From the human T2T-CHM13v2.0 reference genome, Homo sapiens, in the NCBI RefSeq assembly GCF_009914755.1, contig NC_060929.1: a DNA stretch of 64,000 bases. One strand, given 5' to 3'. Positions within the stretch are counted from its first letter, which is position 1; every line of letters starts with the position of its first letter. The notes beneath the pieces were generated by a model that worked only from the letters and a program-made list of their open reading frames with translations, was not told the origin of the DNA and searched no databases. Position numbers and translations under genes: made by a program. Of the stretch, positions 11,626-25,569 are shown in pieces.

Positions 11626-12444
11626 ATCTTCTGTTCGTCTGTTTTTGCTGCAATATGGCACTTCGCTTCCTAACTCATGAAGGAAAGACCAGCTTTGAAC
11701 TTCCTAAGGTCTGGGCTCTCATTGCTCCACAAAAGAGTAAACATTATTATTTGTGGGTTTCCAAATGTGAGGGAGGAACCGACGGGCAGTGGATAAGCCC
11801 TCCTCCAATTTTTTGTCTTCAGTTTGTTGGCCCAATGAGGCAAATTAATTGTACCAGCACTTCCAAATAGGAGAGATGAAGGTATGCGCTTCAAGCACTG
11901 TATCAGGAAATGGCCCCACACAGGTTACTGGGCAAGGCAGTGATGACTGAGCTTATGGGGCCTCCCCTGGGAGAATCTGATGCCTCTGCAACACAGGACT
12001 CTGATAGGGTAGAAATTTGTGTGGGGAAAGACAGGGAGGTACCACTGAGACAGGAGCACTCAGTGCTGGAAGCTGCAGAGCCTTCTGGCCATCTCCTCTT
12101 CCTCCTGAGTCTTATAAATTCCTCCTCTCAAGGGAAGAAGCCTTGAGGAACACCTGATACTGGGCTTCTTGTCTATCTCAGCAAATTATGCTTAAAGTTG
12201 ATTTAACTTTAGAAAAATATTTTAATGTGTGATGTCTTACTCCCCAAGTATCAAGGAACAATTTGTTCCTGTTATTTTTTTTAATCTACAAGGAACATGT
12301 ACTACTTGTGGAATAATAAATTAAGTTTTTGGAAGAATGCAAGACATAAGCAATTCAATAAGCTGACAGATAAATCGTGGGAGGGGGCCACTTCTTATGC
12401 TCCTGCATGACCATCAGCTGTAGAAGGATTCCGGATTCTCTTAC

Positions 12445-12539
12445 CAGGTGTTCAGAAGAAACCCCTTGACATTCTCTACAATGGACAGGTTCCAAGATCA
12501 ACAAATGAATCAAATCAGTCCTGAATGGAATTTCTTGTC
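12445..12539 (-). other. Candidate 95-nt exon or pseudo-exon
   Basis: ttgtctgatttctctttag|GACAAG...CACCTG|gtaaga. One frame is open. Confidence 0.25.
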
Positions 12540-12636
12540 CTAAAGAGAAATCAGACAAGGTCTAAAAGAAATCAGGCAAGCCTAAATGCAAAGCAGGAGA
12601 CAGAGCTGGCAGAAATGCAATACAATCACTTCTTCC

Positions 12637-13009
<373 letters not shown>

Positions 13010-15139
13010 TCACAGCTTTACAGCTAGAAGAAGAATGAAGAGAACAGGTCTAGTAGGAGGTAAGAAAGAAGTGGCATTGGGGATACAGGTAGGACAGGCA
13101 TAACAACTCCAGCTCCATACACTGTGGACATGCCAGTTGATATTGAAAAACCACCTTGAAGGTTGAGCTAAATGGCGGTAACTTGTCTCACACATGGATG
13201 GCTGCAGTCTCTGAGCTAGATACGCTAATGAACCCAAAGACCCTTCATGGGAATGAGGTTGGAAACCCCACCTGAGCCAGAGAGGAGCCTAAGATGATGC
13301 AAAGAGCTACACACTGACAGTTTTCTTTTTGAGCAAATCAGCTGGACAGAGTTCCATGGCCATAGGTCAGCATGCTTGGTACCAGGCAAACATGCCTGGC
13401 CTAAACTAGCCAGACCAGGGCTTGGCGCCTGAGGCAAAGGCTGTTTTATATAGACTAGCTAGCAACAGGATCACTTACAGCAACTCAGTTTCCTTGTGGG
13501 GAGTTTGAAGTGGGGCTTGAAGAAATGTGTCAGTAGCTAGAGAGAGAGAAGAAAGCAGCATCAGAGGGGTAAAAAGGCACCAGAAAGGCAAACTGCTAGG
13601 CTTGGAGATAGCCATGGAGCCAGACGTAGGAAATCACTGCTGTACCCTGAGCCACTTCCCAGGGCTCCACGGGGTTGGCTGTTTGAAAGGCTTGCCTTTC
13701 ATACAACTAAGACTATATCTTGAGCCTCTTCATCTCCCCTGGGAGCCCTGCAGTGCAACCCAAGCCACACTCTTCTCCAAGAGCCTAAACACTCTCCCAT
13801 CACCAGCTAACCTCCAAGGCATGTCTACAGGGATGGGGGGATGCTGTAAACTACTGTGGGCCAAGGAGCACTTGCCACCCTGCCCCCACCCCACAATCCC
13901 CCAAGCAACCCCCTCCTTGGCCCTGCATGGAACTAATAATGTCAGGATCATGTTTTGAAGCCACCAGAATGAAAACTTATTCTAGCTTTCCATCACAGAA
14001 AAGACAGAATAACCATTTGAAAAGAGTTTCATCATAATGATTCTATTTTAATCTCCTTCAAACACGAGAGATCAAACATATACAGATTTATTTTTACCGA
14101 AAAGAAAAAAAAGTCCTGGGTAATATGCGAATGCATTTCTGAGACATCCTGTGGCTTTAACAAAAAAGGAAGGTTTAATGTTCAAAAAGATACTGCTCAA
14201 GTAACAAGATCTCTTAATACCCACCCCCCCACCCCACCACCACCACTCCTAAACACCCTGCAAATGCTCCTGAGCAACATCCATTGCTGACCAGAGGGAT
14301 TTGGGAGCTACTTAAAAATCACACAAGACAAGTCAATGATTTCAAACTTTACTATTGTCTTTGACTTAACAGCCATAAATCACACATGAAATCAGCATCT
14401 GACTTGAATGTGAGATTTTGCTCTGATGAGCCAAGACATGCTTGGCAGTGCCACCACACCAGTCACCAGCCAGGGCTTGATGTGACAATAGAAGCTGTAA
14501 GGTGAGTGGGGCTTAAAACTATCTTCTCTTTCCAAAGTCCAAATAAACTCATCTCTCAAGTCATTCAGACCTTAGGGGTGCATTAATTCATGAGCCCCCG
14601 TGGTGATAGCACTAAAACCAATTCCCCTGCACAGACTGAATCATCAAACTAAATATTGCCACTTTAACACTTAGTGAGTAAGAATTAGAATGTCAGGGAA
14701 GAGCTTTCCAAGCATTCATCATTCTCCTTTTTTCCCTCTAAGATATTCATACAGCAACTCCCTAAGACCCACACCTAATAAACTCCAGACCGACAGCTTG
14801 GTGGAGCAAATGCTGTGTGTGTGAATCACGCTCCATCTATGGCATAATATATCTGCCTGCCACCAAAAGGACTCACTAAGGGCACAGGCAGGAGTAGAGA
14901 TGGTGGCGGCCGGGGGAAAGGTGATGTGACAGGTTAGACAACATCCAAAGCTAAAAATGAATGCAATGCAACAGAAAACTCATTAATGCAATTGCTTTAT
15001 TGGTGTAGTCACCACAATAGCTTCTGGGTACATTTTCCTATGCAATATAAAGGAGACAGAAGGTAATAAAATGATCTGTGTGTATCTAATGTATGAGTGT
15101 GAGCTTCTGAAAAAGTCTCTTGCTTAGGAAGAGGAATGC

Positions 15140-17496
15140 TGTATCAGTCCATTTTCACACTGCTATGAAGAATTACCTGAGATTGGGTGATTTATGAAGA
15201 CAAGAGGTTTAATTGACTGACAATTCCATGGGCTTAACAGGAAACATGACTAGGAAGCATCAGGAAACTTAACAATCATGGCAGAAGATGAAGGGAAACC
15301 ATCTTCACATGGTGGCAGAGGAGAGAGCAAGGGGGGAAGTGCCAAACACTTTTAAACCATCAGATCTCATGAGAATTTACTCACTAATTCGAGAATGGCA
15401 GGAAGGAAACCCGCCCCTACAATCCGATCACCTCCCACCTGGCCCCTCCTGCAATTCAACATGAGATTTGGGCAGAGACAAAAATCCAAACCATATTATT
15501 CCATCCCTGGCCCCTTCCAAATCTCATGTCCTTTCTTGAGCCTCTTCAGCTCCCCTGGGAGCCCTGCAATACAACCCAAGCTACATTGCAAAATACAATT
15601 ATCCCTTCTAAACAGTCCCCCAGTCTTAACTCATTTCAGCATTAACTAAAAAGTCCAAAGGATCATCTCCCACTAAGAGCCTGTAAAATCACACACAAGT
15701 TATGTACTTCCAAGATATAATGGGAGTACAAGCATTGGGTAAATGCTCCCATTCCAAATGGGAGAAATTGGCCAAAAAAAAAAGTGGTTACAGGCCTCAC
15801 GCAAGTCCAAAACTGAGCAGGGCAGTAATTACATCTTAAAGCTCCAAAATAATCTCCTTTTGACTCCATGTCTCACATCCAGGCCACACTGATTCAAAGG
15901 GTGGGTTCCCAGGGCCTTGGGCAGCTCTGCAGGGTACAGTCCCCATGGCTGTTTCATGGGCTGGCATTGAGTGCCTGTGACTTTTCCAGGAGCAAAGTGC
16001 AAGCTGTTCATGAATCTACCATTCTGGGGTCTGGTAGACGGTAGCCCTCTTTTCATAGCTCCACTAGGCAGCGCCCCAGTGGGGATTCTGTGTGGGGGCT
16101 TCAACTCTATGTTTCCCCTCTGTACTCCCCTAGTAGAGGTTCTCCATGAGGGCTCCACCCCTGCAGCACACTTCTGCCTAAACATCCAGGCAAGTCCATA
16201 CATCCTCTGAAATCTAGACAGAGTTTCTCAAACCTCAACTCTTGTCTTCTGCACACCCACAAGCCCAACACCACATGGAAGCCACCAGTGCTTAGGGATT
16301 GCACCCTCTGGAGCAATGGTCTGAGCTGTACCTTGGTCCCTTTTAGCCATGGCCAGAGCTGGAGTGGCTGGGATGTAGGGCGCCATGTCCCAAGGCTGCA
16401 CAGAACAGCTGGGCCCTGGGCCTGGCCCACAAAATCATTTTTTCCTCCTTGGCCTCTGGGCCTGTAATGGGAGAGGCTGCCACAAAGGTATCTGAAATGC
16501 CTTTGAGGCATTTTCTGCATTGTCTTGGCTATTAACATTTAGCTCCTCTTTACTTATGCAAATTTCTGCAGCAGACTTGAATTTCTCCACCAAAAATGGG
16601 TTTTTTGTTTCTACCACATGACTGGGTTGCAAATTTTCCAAACTTTTATGTTCTGCTTCCCTTTTAAATATTAGTTCCAGTTTCAGATAATCTCTTTCTT
16701 CACACATACGAGCATATACATTTAGAAACAACCAGGTCACATCTTGAATGCTTTGCTGCTTAGAAATTTCCTCTTCCAGATACTCTAAATCATCTCTCTT
16801 GAGTTCCACAGATCTCTAGGGTAGGGGCAAAATGCCACCAGTCTCTTTGCTAAAGCATAGCAAGAATGACCTTTGCTCCAGTTCCCAGTAGGTTCCTCAT
16901 CTCCATCTGAGACCATCTCAGCCTGGACATCACTGTCCATATCACTATTTGCATTTTGGGCAAAGCCATTCAACAAGTCTCTAGGAAGTTCCAAACTTTC
17001 CCACATCTTTCTGTCTTCTTCTGAGCTCTCCAAACTCTTCCAACCTCTGCCTGTTACCCAGTTACAAAGATGCTTCCACATTTTCAGGTATCTTTATAGC
17101 AGTGCCCCACTCTCCTGGTACCAATTTTATGTATTAGTCCATTTTCACACTGATATAAAGAACTACCTGAGACTAGGTAATTAATGAAGAAAAGAGGTCT
17201 AATTGACTCACAGTTCTATAGGCTTAACAGGAAGCATGACTGGGAGGCCTCAGGAAACTTACAATCATGGCAGAAGGTGAAGGGGAAGCAAGGACCTTCT
17301 TCACATGGTAGCAGGAGAGACAGAGTAAGGGGGGAAGTGCCACACACTTTTAAACTATCAGATCTTATGAGAACTCATTCACTATCATGAGAACAGCATG
17401 GGGGAAATCCACCCCCATAAGCCAATCACCTCTGACCAGGCTCCTCTTCCAATTTGACATGAGATTTCGGAGGGGACACAAATCCAAAACATATCA
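15140..17496 (-). mobile_element. Complete MSTA-type MaLR provirus (LTR 15140-15498, internal 15499-17129, LTR 17130-17496)
   Basis: Two direct LTRs (about 14 mismatches in the first 100 nt, counted by hand), a ~1.6-kb MST internal region with broken gag-like ORF pieces, and TSD aatgc/catgc. Confidence 0.95.
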
Positions 17497-17744
17497 CATG
17501 CCCAGGAGGACAGAGCATACAACATTACCCAGCTTAAACATATTCACCTTAAAAAGAAAGCCTGTGATGTGACAAGTTCTCAGAAATTTGATTAGTTGCT
17601 GGGCCAGGACTGGTTAAAATGATGAAATAAGTAAAAAATGGCCTTTTTGTTTTTCCAGTCCCTTTCCACAATCTCCACGTAGAAGAGCCAGCACCAAGCA
17701 GCCCCCTGAGGGCCCTGCCTGGTCTGTACCTCGTGCCTCAGAAG

Positions 17745-18000
17745 TAGTAGGTAAGGGCGTGGCCTTTGGAGTCAGAAAGACTCCAGGTTCAAATCCCATC
17801 ACTGTCATTTACTGTGAGTCCTTAGATTAGTCACTTAAGAGTTAAGCCCTCAAACCCTTTTTCCTACCTATAAAATGGAGACAGGAAAATTTATCTCAAA
17901 GAGCTGCTGTGATACTTAAGTTTAAGAAAATCAGGGAAAAAAAAATCTTAAAGTCTTAGCATACTGCCTGGTACTTGGCAGGGCTCAACAAATGGCAGCT
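17745..18000 (+). mobile_element. MIR SINE, near full length
   Basis: ggcctttggagtcagaaagactccaggttcaaatccc...taaaatggag...tgcctggtac...ctcaacaaatggcagct. Confidence 0.85.
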
Positions 18001-19149
18001 CCATTTGCCCTTCCCCTCCCCACATCCTGACCTACCCAGCCCTTAGTATCTACTGCTGGCCTGAAGAGTTGGTCTTTCCAACCACACTAGCAGCTAACTG
18101 GCTAGCTGAGTTTCAACTATGTCTGTTCCCCATGAAGACGGGATGGAAACAGATTTGTGGGGAAACTTTAGAAGCTAATAATGATCCTTACCCCCAAGAA
18201 TGCAGCCAGCCTGTGTGAAAGGCTGACCTTGCAAGGTGACCTAGTCAGGGTAACTTCCTCCTTCCCTCTAGCTAGTTAAGATGGAGCTGCAGTGAGATAA
18301 ACCAAGGCAGTCTAAGAATGAAGAGGGCAGTGGCACAGGCTTTGGCCAAATAGATGCAGCCACTGATTGAGATGGAAATGATTGATGGGGGAAGTCCAAG
18401 AAACAGTTAACTGCGAGGTCCCTGTAGGCCCAGACCATCCTTGCATTGACAGTCTTTCCACAGCTGCAGCTCTCAGGACACACTTTCACTCTTTCAGGCA
18501 TTGGAGTCTATTCCACCTCTTTTTCCCCCTTGGGGAGTCCTGAATCATTTGCAATTTAAAATGAAGCTCCCGGTAAAACTCAGCACTGGCTCCCACCTCA
18601 TCAGCCCAACCAAGGTCACTGTTCTTTCAAGGACCACAAAAGGCACACACTGTTTTCCCTACCCCCTAGACCAAGCATGGAGGCCTCTGCTTCCTGCTAT
18701 GTCCACAGCCTGTGCCTCAAATGCCCAGTCCAGCTCCAAGCCACATTTTCCAAGGCTGCCCTCTGAGTCCCCAGCTGGCATAAACCACATGGGCTCTGTT
18801 CCAGGCACAAGGACTGTCAGCACAGCATGGACATATGACCCAGCAAGCTCCCTATGGGGATTCCACCTGGGCCTCTGTATACAGGAGGCAGATGGGTGCT
18901 TGCCCTTTGTGGCGGGAACAAGGCCTCTGAGGAATAAGCACAAATGCTCACTTAGAATTGACAAGCAGAGCTGCCCAGTGGGACTCTGCCCAAAACATTT
19001 TGTTAATCAGGTTCCACCATATCTGGAACCCAAACCCTGCTCTACCAGTCTAAAGTAGACTACCCTATCAAAGCTCTAGCTTCAATTCAAAGCTCTAGCA
19101 CTCACCAGGTATGCCACCATGGACAACTAATGAAACTTCCCTGGGTAAG

Positions 19150-19685
19150 GTAATAATTGTTTTCTGCAGCTGCCATCACAAATTCACACAGACTTGGTGG
19201 CATATACATACATACATGCATGCATGCATATGTATATATACACACATATACATACATACATATATATATATATATGTATGTATTTTTTTTTCCCCCTGGA
19301 GGCCAGAAGCTCACAATTAATGTGCCCAGCAGAGTCCCTCTGAAGTTTCTAGGGAATTCTTTCTTACCTCTTCCAGTTTCTAGTGGCACCTGACATTCCT
19401 TGGTTGCGGCAGTAAAACTCCAATCTCTCCCTCCAACTGCACATGGCCTTCCCCTCTTTGTCTCTGTGTGTCAAATAACCCTTTCCTTTCTCTTTTAAGG
19501 ACAACTAATCATTGGATTTAGTGTCCACCCTAAACCTAGGATGAAATCATCTCAAAATTTCCAACTTAATTACATCTGCGAAGACCCTCTTTCTAAATAA
19601 AGTCACATTCACAGGTACTGGGGATTATGACTTGACCATAACTACTGTAGGATGGGGGGGGCGGTGCATAATTCAGTCCTGCAGT
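19150..19685 (-). mobile_element. MLT1B/C-type solo LTR inserted in a MIR
   Basis: ctggaggccagaag...ttaattacatctgcgaagaccct...aaataaagtcacattcacaggtactgggg, with MIR pieces on both sides. Confidence 0.85.
19201..19282. repeat. Compound (TACA/TGCA/TA) alternating purine-pyrimidine microsatellite
   Basis: catatacatacatacatgcatgcatgcatatgtatatata...tatatatatatatgtatgta. Confidence 0.95.
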
Positions 19686-19974
19686 GTCTATCACATAATC
19701 ACATGGAGTTATTTAGATTAAAAGAGATAATGTCTGCAGCATGCTTTGCACAGTATCAGGCACATTGTAAATAATAAACATTACATGTTGCTTTTATCAC
19801 AGTCATAATCTTCACCTCCCTCTCCAGGAAGCCTTCCTAATACCTCATTCCAAAAAGAATTTGAGGCAATTCAGACTGCCACTCTAGATCACAATCACCT
19901 TAAGAGCAGGAACCATGCTTGTTGATATCCACTTCCTCTGTATTACTAAGAGTGTGTGGTACATATAAAGGTCC

Positions 19975-20190
19975 GTGGTCTCAGTGTCAAGATCATGGGC
20001 TCCTGTATCAGATAGACCCATGCTTGGAAACTGGCTCTTCTGCATTGTAATGATGTGATGTCAGATGTGTGAATCAATGTCTAAGCCTCACCATTACCAT
20101 CTGTAAAACAGGAATATGACCAGCTTTGTAGGAATGTTAAACACACTTCAGACTTTGCATACATAGCACCAAAGAGTAACCAGCAAATAG
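19975..20190 (+). mobile_element. MIR relic
   Basis: tctaagcctcaccattaccatctgtaaaacaggaata core. Confidence 0.6.
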
Positions 20191-20527
20191 TACATGGTCC
20201 AAAACTAGAATAATGATTCATTATTGTGCTTGGGAATTGTTTTGTTAAATAAATGTCTAATAACTAAATAAATGAACACCAACAGCCACTCCTCCTCACA
20301 GTCCAACAGAGGTGTCAGATCACCATCCACACTCCTGCACAGACTTCTGGTCCTCAGAGGTAGTGCTGAGATTGAGCCCACAACTTTACCTCCTCCACAT
20401 CTCCTAGGAGTGAACACCCCACCTGCAGATTAATAAACCAACCCATTCATCCATTCTACGGCATTCACTGAACACATACTCTGCCAGGTTCCTACCATCT
20501 GCTAAATGCCTTCTGAATGTTCTTGAG

Positions 20528-22623
20528 CAGGGATCAGAAAACTTTTTCTGTCAAGGGCCAGATAGTAAATATTTTAGGCTTTCTGGGCCATATGGTCTCT
20601 GTTGCAACTACTCAACTCTTCTGCATGAAAACTGCCACAGACGACATGTAAACAAATGAGAATGGCCATACTCCAGTGCAATTTTATTTACAAAAGCAGG
20701 TGGTGGCTAATAAGCAATTACAGCAAGGTGGCAGGATACAAGGTTAATATACAAAAGTCAATTGCTTTCCTATTTGCCAACAGTGAACAAGTGGAATTTG
20801 AAATTAAAAGCACAATATCATTTATATTAGCACCCAAATAAATGAAATACTCAAGTATAAATCTTAAAAAAGTACAAGATCTATATGAGGAAAACTACAA
20901 AACTCTGATGAAAGAAATCAAAGAATTAAATTGAGAGATATTCCATGTTCATGGATAGGAAGACTCAATATTATCAAGATGTCAGTATTTCCCAACTTGA
21001 TCTGGAGATTTAATGCAATCCTAATCAAACTCCCACAGGTTATTTTGTGGATATTGACACACTGATTCTAAAGTTTACATGAAGAGGCCAAAGACTGAAT
21101 AGATAATGCAATATTGAAGAACACAGTCAGAGGACTGACATTACTCAACTTTGAGACTTATTATAAAGTTTCCATAATCAAGACAGCACATAATAGAGAA
21201 CTAGAAATAGACCCACATAGATGTAGTCAACTGATCTTTGACAGGGAAGCAAATGGGTAAAAGGTAGTCTTTTCAACAAATAGTGCTAGAAAAATTGGAC
21301 ATCTACAAGCAAAGAAAAAATCACAGACTTTACACCCTTTAAAAAAATTAACTCAAAATGGATCACAGACCTATGTGTAAAATACAAAACTATAAAACCC
21401 CTAGAAGATAACACAGGAGAAAATCTAGATGGCCTTGGGTTTGATGGTGACTTTTTAGATATGGCACCAAAGACAGAATCCATGAAAGAAAGAATCGATA
21501 AGCTGGACCTCATTAAACTTAAAAATTTCTGCTGTACAAAAGACAATGTCAAGAAAATTAAAAGACAAGCCACAGACTGGGGGAAAAATATGTGCAAGAC
21601 ATATCTGACAAAGCACTGTAATTCAAAATATATAAAGAACTCTTAAAACTCAACAATAAGAAAATAGACAACTTGATTTAAAAAAATAAGTCAAAGACCT
21701 TAACAGACAGTTTACAGAAGACATACAGGTGGCAAATAAGCCTATGAAAAGATGCTTCACATCATGTCATTAAATTTGTTTTAATACAAATAAAACAACA
21801 ATGAGATCCCATACACACCTATTAGAATGGCCAAAATCCAGAACACTGACACCACCAAATGCTGATAGGAACTCTCATGCATTGCTGGTGGAACTGCAAA
21901 ATGGTGCAGCCACTTTGGAAGACAATTTGGTGGTTTCTTATATAAGTAAACACACTCTCACCACACAATCTAGCACAAGTGCTTTCTCCTTGGTATCTTT
22001 CCAAAGGAATTGAAAATGTATATCTACACAAAAACCAGCACATGGATGTTTACAGCAGCTTTATTCATAATTGCCAAAACTTGGAAGCAACCAAGATATC
22101 TTTCAGTAGGTGATAAACTGTGATATATCCAGACAATGGGATATTTTTCAACACTAAAAAGAAATGAGCTGTCAAGCCATGAAAAGACATGGAGGAACTT
22201 CAAATGCATATTTCTAAATGAAAGAAGCCAGTGTGCAAAGGCTTACAATACTGTATGAGCACAGGGGATTTTTAGGGCAGTGAAACTAGTCTGTAGGACA
22301 CTATTAATATAATGATGTATACATGTCAGTATGCACATGTCCAAACCCATAAAATGCACAACACCAAGAGTGACTGTAGTAATGTAAACTATAGTCTTTG
22401 GATGATAATGATGTGTCAGTGTAGGTTCATCAACTGTAACGAATGTGTGACTTGCAGGGATGTTGATAATAGCTCAGGCTGTGTAGGTGTTACAGCACGG
22501 GCTATATGGGAAATCTCTGTACTTTCCTCTCATTTTTGCTGTAAATTTAAAACTGCTAAAAAAAAAAATAAAGTATATTTAACAAATAAAAGGCAGTGAG
22601 CTATATACAGTTTGTAACCCCTG
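20528..22623 (-). mobile_element. MER58A (hAT-Charlie) split by an L1 insertion (pieces 20528-20707 and ~22593-22623)
   Basis: Termini cagggatcagaaaact and agtttgtaacccctg, MER58A body, and a degenerate 8-bp TSD ttcttgag/cttttgag. Confidence 0.85.
20708..22590 (+). mobile_element. 5'-truncated L1MC1-like LINE (ORF2 C-terminal remnant plus 3' UTR)
   Basis: ORF2-like peptides (YSKVAGYKVNIQKSIAFL; IDKLDLIKLKNFC) and an L1MC1-type 3' UTR ending aataaagtatattt. Confidence 0.92.
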
Positions 22624-25569
22624 CTTTTGAGGATACACAAATGAGTAAGATGCAGTCTCCATACAGTGATAAGAAAAAGTCACAGAGAGAAGGGACAGTG
22701 CTGAGAATAGAATCCAGGTTTCCCATTCCCATAAAAGCTATTGAACTAAGTCCTACCTTGTCCACCTAGGGTCAATTAAAAGTGCATTTAAAGGGAAAAA
22801 TAGGAACAGTTATACCAAAACAATTTGTCAGATGGCACAGAGGAAATATTTATAATACAAAATCCAATCAACAGATATGAAGAGTCTGTTCACACACACA
22901 TTTAACTAGTATTTACTGAGTGGATGAGAGTTTCATCTCCTGGGTAACAGCATTGTGCTAGATGCTAACTGAAAGCACGCAAACTATATAAGCACATGGC
23001 AGACCAAGAAACCCCACTGAAAACAGATACTCTTTCAAAAATTGTGCCAAGTTCTTGTGTTCTCTGATGGCATCTCCAGGGTAAGGGGTATGTGGCGGGA
23101 GGGAGGGGGGGAAATGATGTTGAATTTACAAGACATTGTATAACAAAAGCAAGGTCACAAAACTATGCTCTATTTTTCCTGATATGCAGCCAGATGTCTA
23201 GAGTGTACAGGTCTATGATGACCCGTACCATCTCCTGCCCTTGAAGGACTTCAACCTCTCATTGAAGTCCACATGGTATGATGGCATGTAGGGCCCCAAC
23301 CCCAGAGGCACCCCTCCAGTTCAGCTCAACAGCATGGATGGACACTCTCACCTTCCAGCTCTCCACAGATGTGGACCCAGTTTCTGGATGTGGCATTCAC
23401 ACATCACACCGAACTAGAAGCTTTTAGCGCCTCTGCCAGGGCTCCAGATTCTGTTCTGCAAAACACCGCAACTGCTCAGCAACCTCTTCAAAACAGTCAA
23501 AATTAATTTTAGACAAACATTTAAGAGGAAAAGAAAATCTATCTGAGGGATCTTGCCAACACTCACAGCTGTGACACTGACAAGAAAAGGGCTGCAGAAG
23601 AGAGAATTTGCCACAGACCATTCACTTGTCATCATATACAGCATTTTGCACAAACTGGCATAATTTAGGTAGGCAAGAAAATAGGCCAACTACAGCAAAA
23701 CACCTAAGGCTCATTCCAAAGACCAATCAAGACAGGATGAGAGAGGTACAAATAAAGCACACTGCCACACACTTCCTGGGAGATGGTTTTTATCACAGGC
23801 TTACAAATGATAATCCAAATAAGACACATAAGTTCCAAGTATAACAACCCTCTTTAAAATAGCACAGAAGCATCTCCAATTCCTCACAAGCTCTGGTGTT
23901 GCACAAGACTACCAGAAGGGCCAAGAGCTTTCTAGGCTTCCAAGAACACCTTGTCCTGGTCCTGTCTGTCCCCTCAGGAGCTGATATGCCCTGTCCTCTG
24001 TTGAGGACTGCCTGCCTTTGTGGATCCCAAATGTTTGAATCCCCACTGTCTAATACTACTCGGATTTGTATTAAGTTTTTGACAATACAGTGCATCACTG
24101 CACAAAACATCCTTCATCAGGGTTCAAGATGTCATTGCTGAAGTGAACCAGAAGCAGGAGGGACCCCTGACTTTGTGGATTTGACACATGGTCCCAACAC
24201 TTGATGAAGTGATGAGCAATCCAAAGCTGGTAGTGATGGCAAGAGCCACTGTTCCTGACTACCATCATGTGCTGAGCTTCCACAGAGCACTTGCAGGTCT
24301 GTCCTCAGCACAGTGACATCCTCATCTCACAGACTAAGAGCCACAAAGCTGCAAGAGGCAGAGCTGGTGTTCACAACCAGGTCTCCAAGATGCTGAGGAA
24401 CAGATCTGAATCAAGTCCCTCATGGTTGGAGTGTGGAAGAAAAACCAGTTGGCCACAACATCTCGAGTTCCATGCAGCTTAGCTGTGTTGTCTCTTTAAG
24501 GTTCTGATGGGTACATACAGGTTTCAGACATGCTTGATGGCATTTTATGGGGAAAATCCTAGGCTACTAACAATATTAACCAATTCTGTGATGTGAGTCT
24601 GTCAAGGGCATATTCAGCATGCAGGGATACCACCCCCGCCCCATCCTACTCCACCCACAGTGTCCTGTCCACTCTGGTCCATGTATGTGGGTGAGGGAGG
24701 ATCTCTACCTCCACCCAGGTTCAAGCAGAACTTCACATTCTTTCTTGCTCTGACATAAAAATTCCCATGTCTTTGTCCTATGTTCCCTACTAAAGGAAAT
24801 CCTGTCTCCTCTTCTCTCTAAAAGGGACTCTGCAACCTGGGGGTACTTGGGGATTTTCTATTTAATAAAAAGGGCAAAATACAAGACAACTTGGCAGTCA
24901 AAAATCCCCTATGGTCTGAAACAAGGTCATGGAGAAGTCAATCTGGGGAAATCATGCTTGCCTGGAAGCCGTATGTATCTATAAGCAAATAAAGGACATT
25001 TGTTCCGTGGCTGCTAATGCAATGACCCCTGGGACCTGAACAGCCTCCCAGCCTAACTCATATATATTTTTAATGAAAAATTGCAAATTAGATTAGCTTA
25101 ATTTGACCACATCTGCCTTTTTAAATAAAGGAAATTACCATTTTAATAGGAACACCATCTATTTGTCTTGAGGAAGAAGGTCCTTGTGAGGTCTGCTTTG
25201 CCCGTTCTATTTCCGTTTTTAATATGAGAAAAGGGGACTGAGGACAGCTGCTCAGGCTTGAAAAACACACAGTGGTTCTCCTGGTGAGCATACAAAGAGA
25301 TTGAGAGAAACACCAGAGAAATCTCCACCTTCATAGATGTTCTCAACTACCAGAGGCAAAAAGGGTTTCCCTCTGCACATTAACATGGCCTGTCTCAATT
25401 GCCTTCAGAAAATCTGTTCTGAGCCCCTACTGCCAGCAAGGCATGGTGTCAGGGCCAGCACTTCCAGAGGAGTTCAGGAAAGAAGCCAGAGGTCAACTGT
25501 CTGAACCAAGGCCTGCAGTTAGGGAGTAGCTGGTGGGGGGGTGTGGCAAATGGAACAGAGCTGGCGGGA

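Noticed and set aside
15829-17081. Overlapping 98-143 aa minus-strand ORFs
   Set aside because: They are remnants of the MaLR internal ORF in the MSTA provirus.
24209-24276. GTGATGA...CTGA pair resembling a C/D snoRNA (also 9354-9399)
   Set aside because: The terminal stem is poor, there is no recognisable rRNA guide, and it is opposite to the inferred host strand. The second pair is too short.
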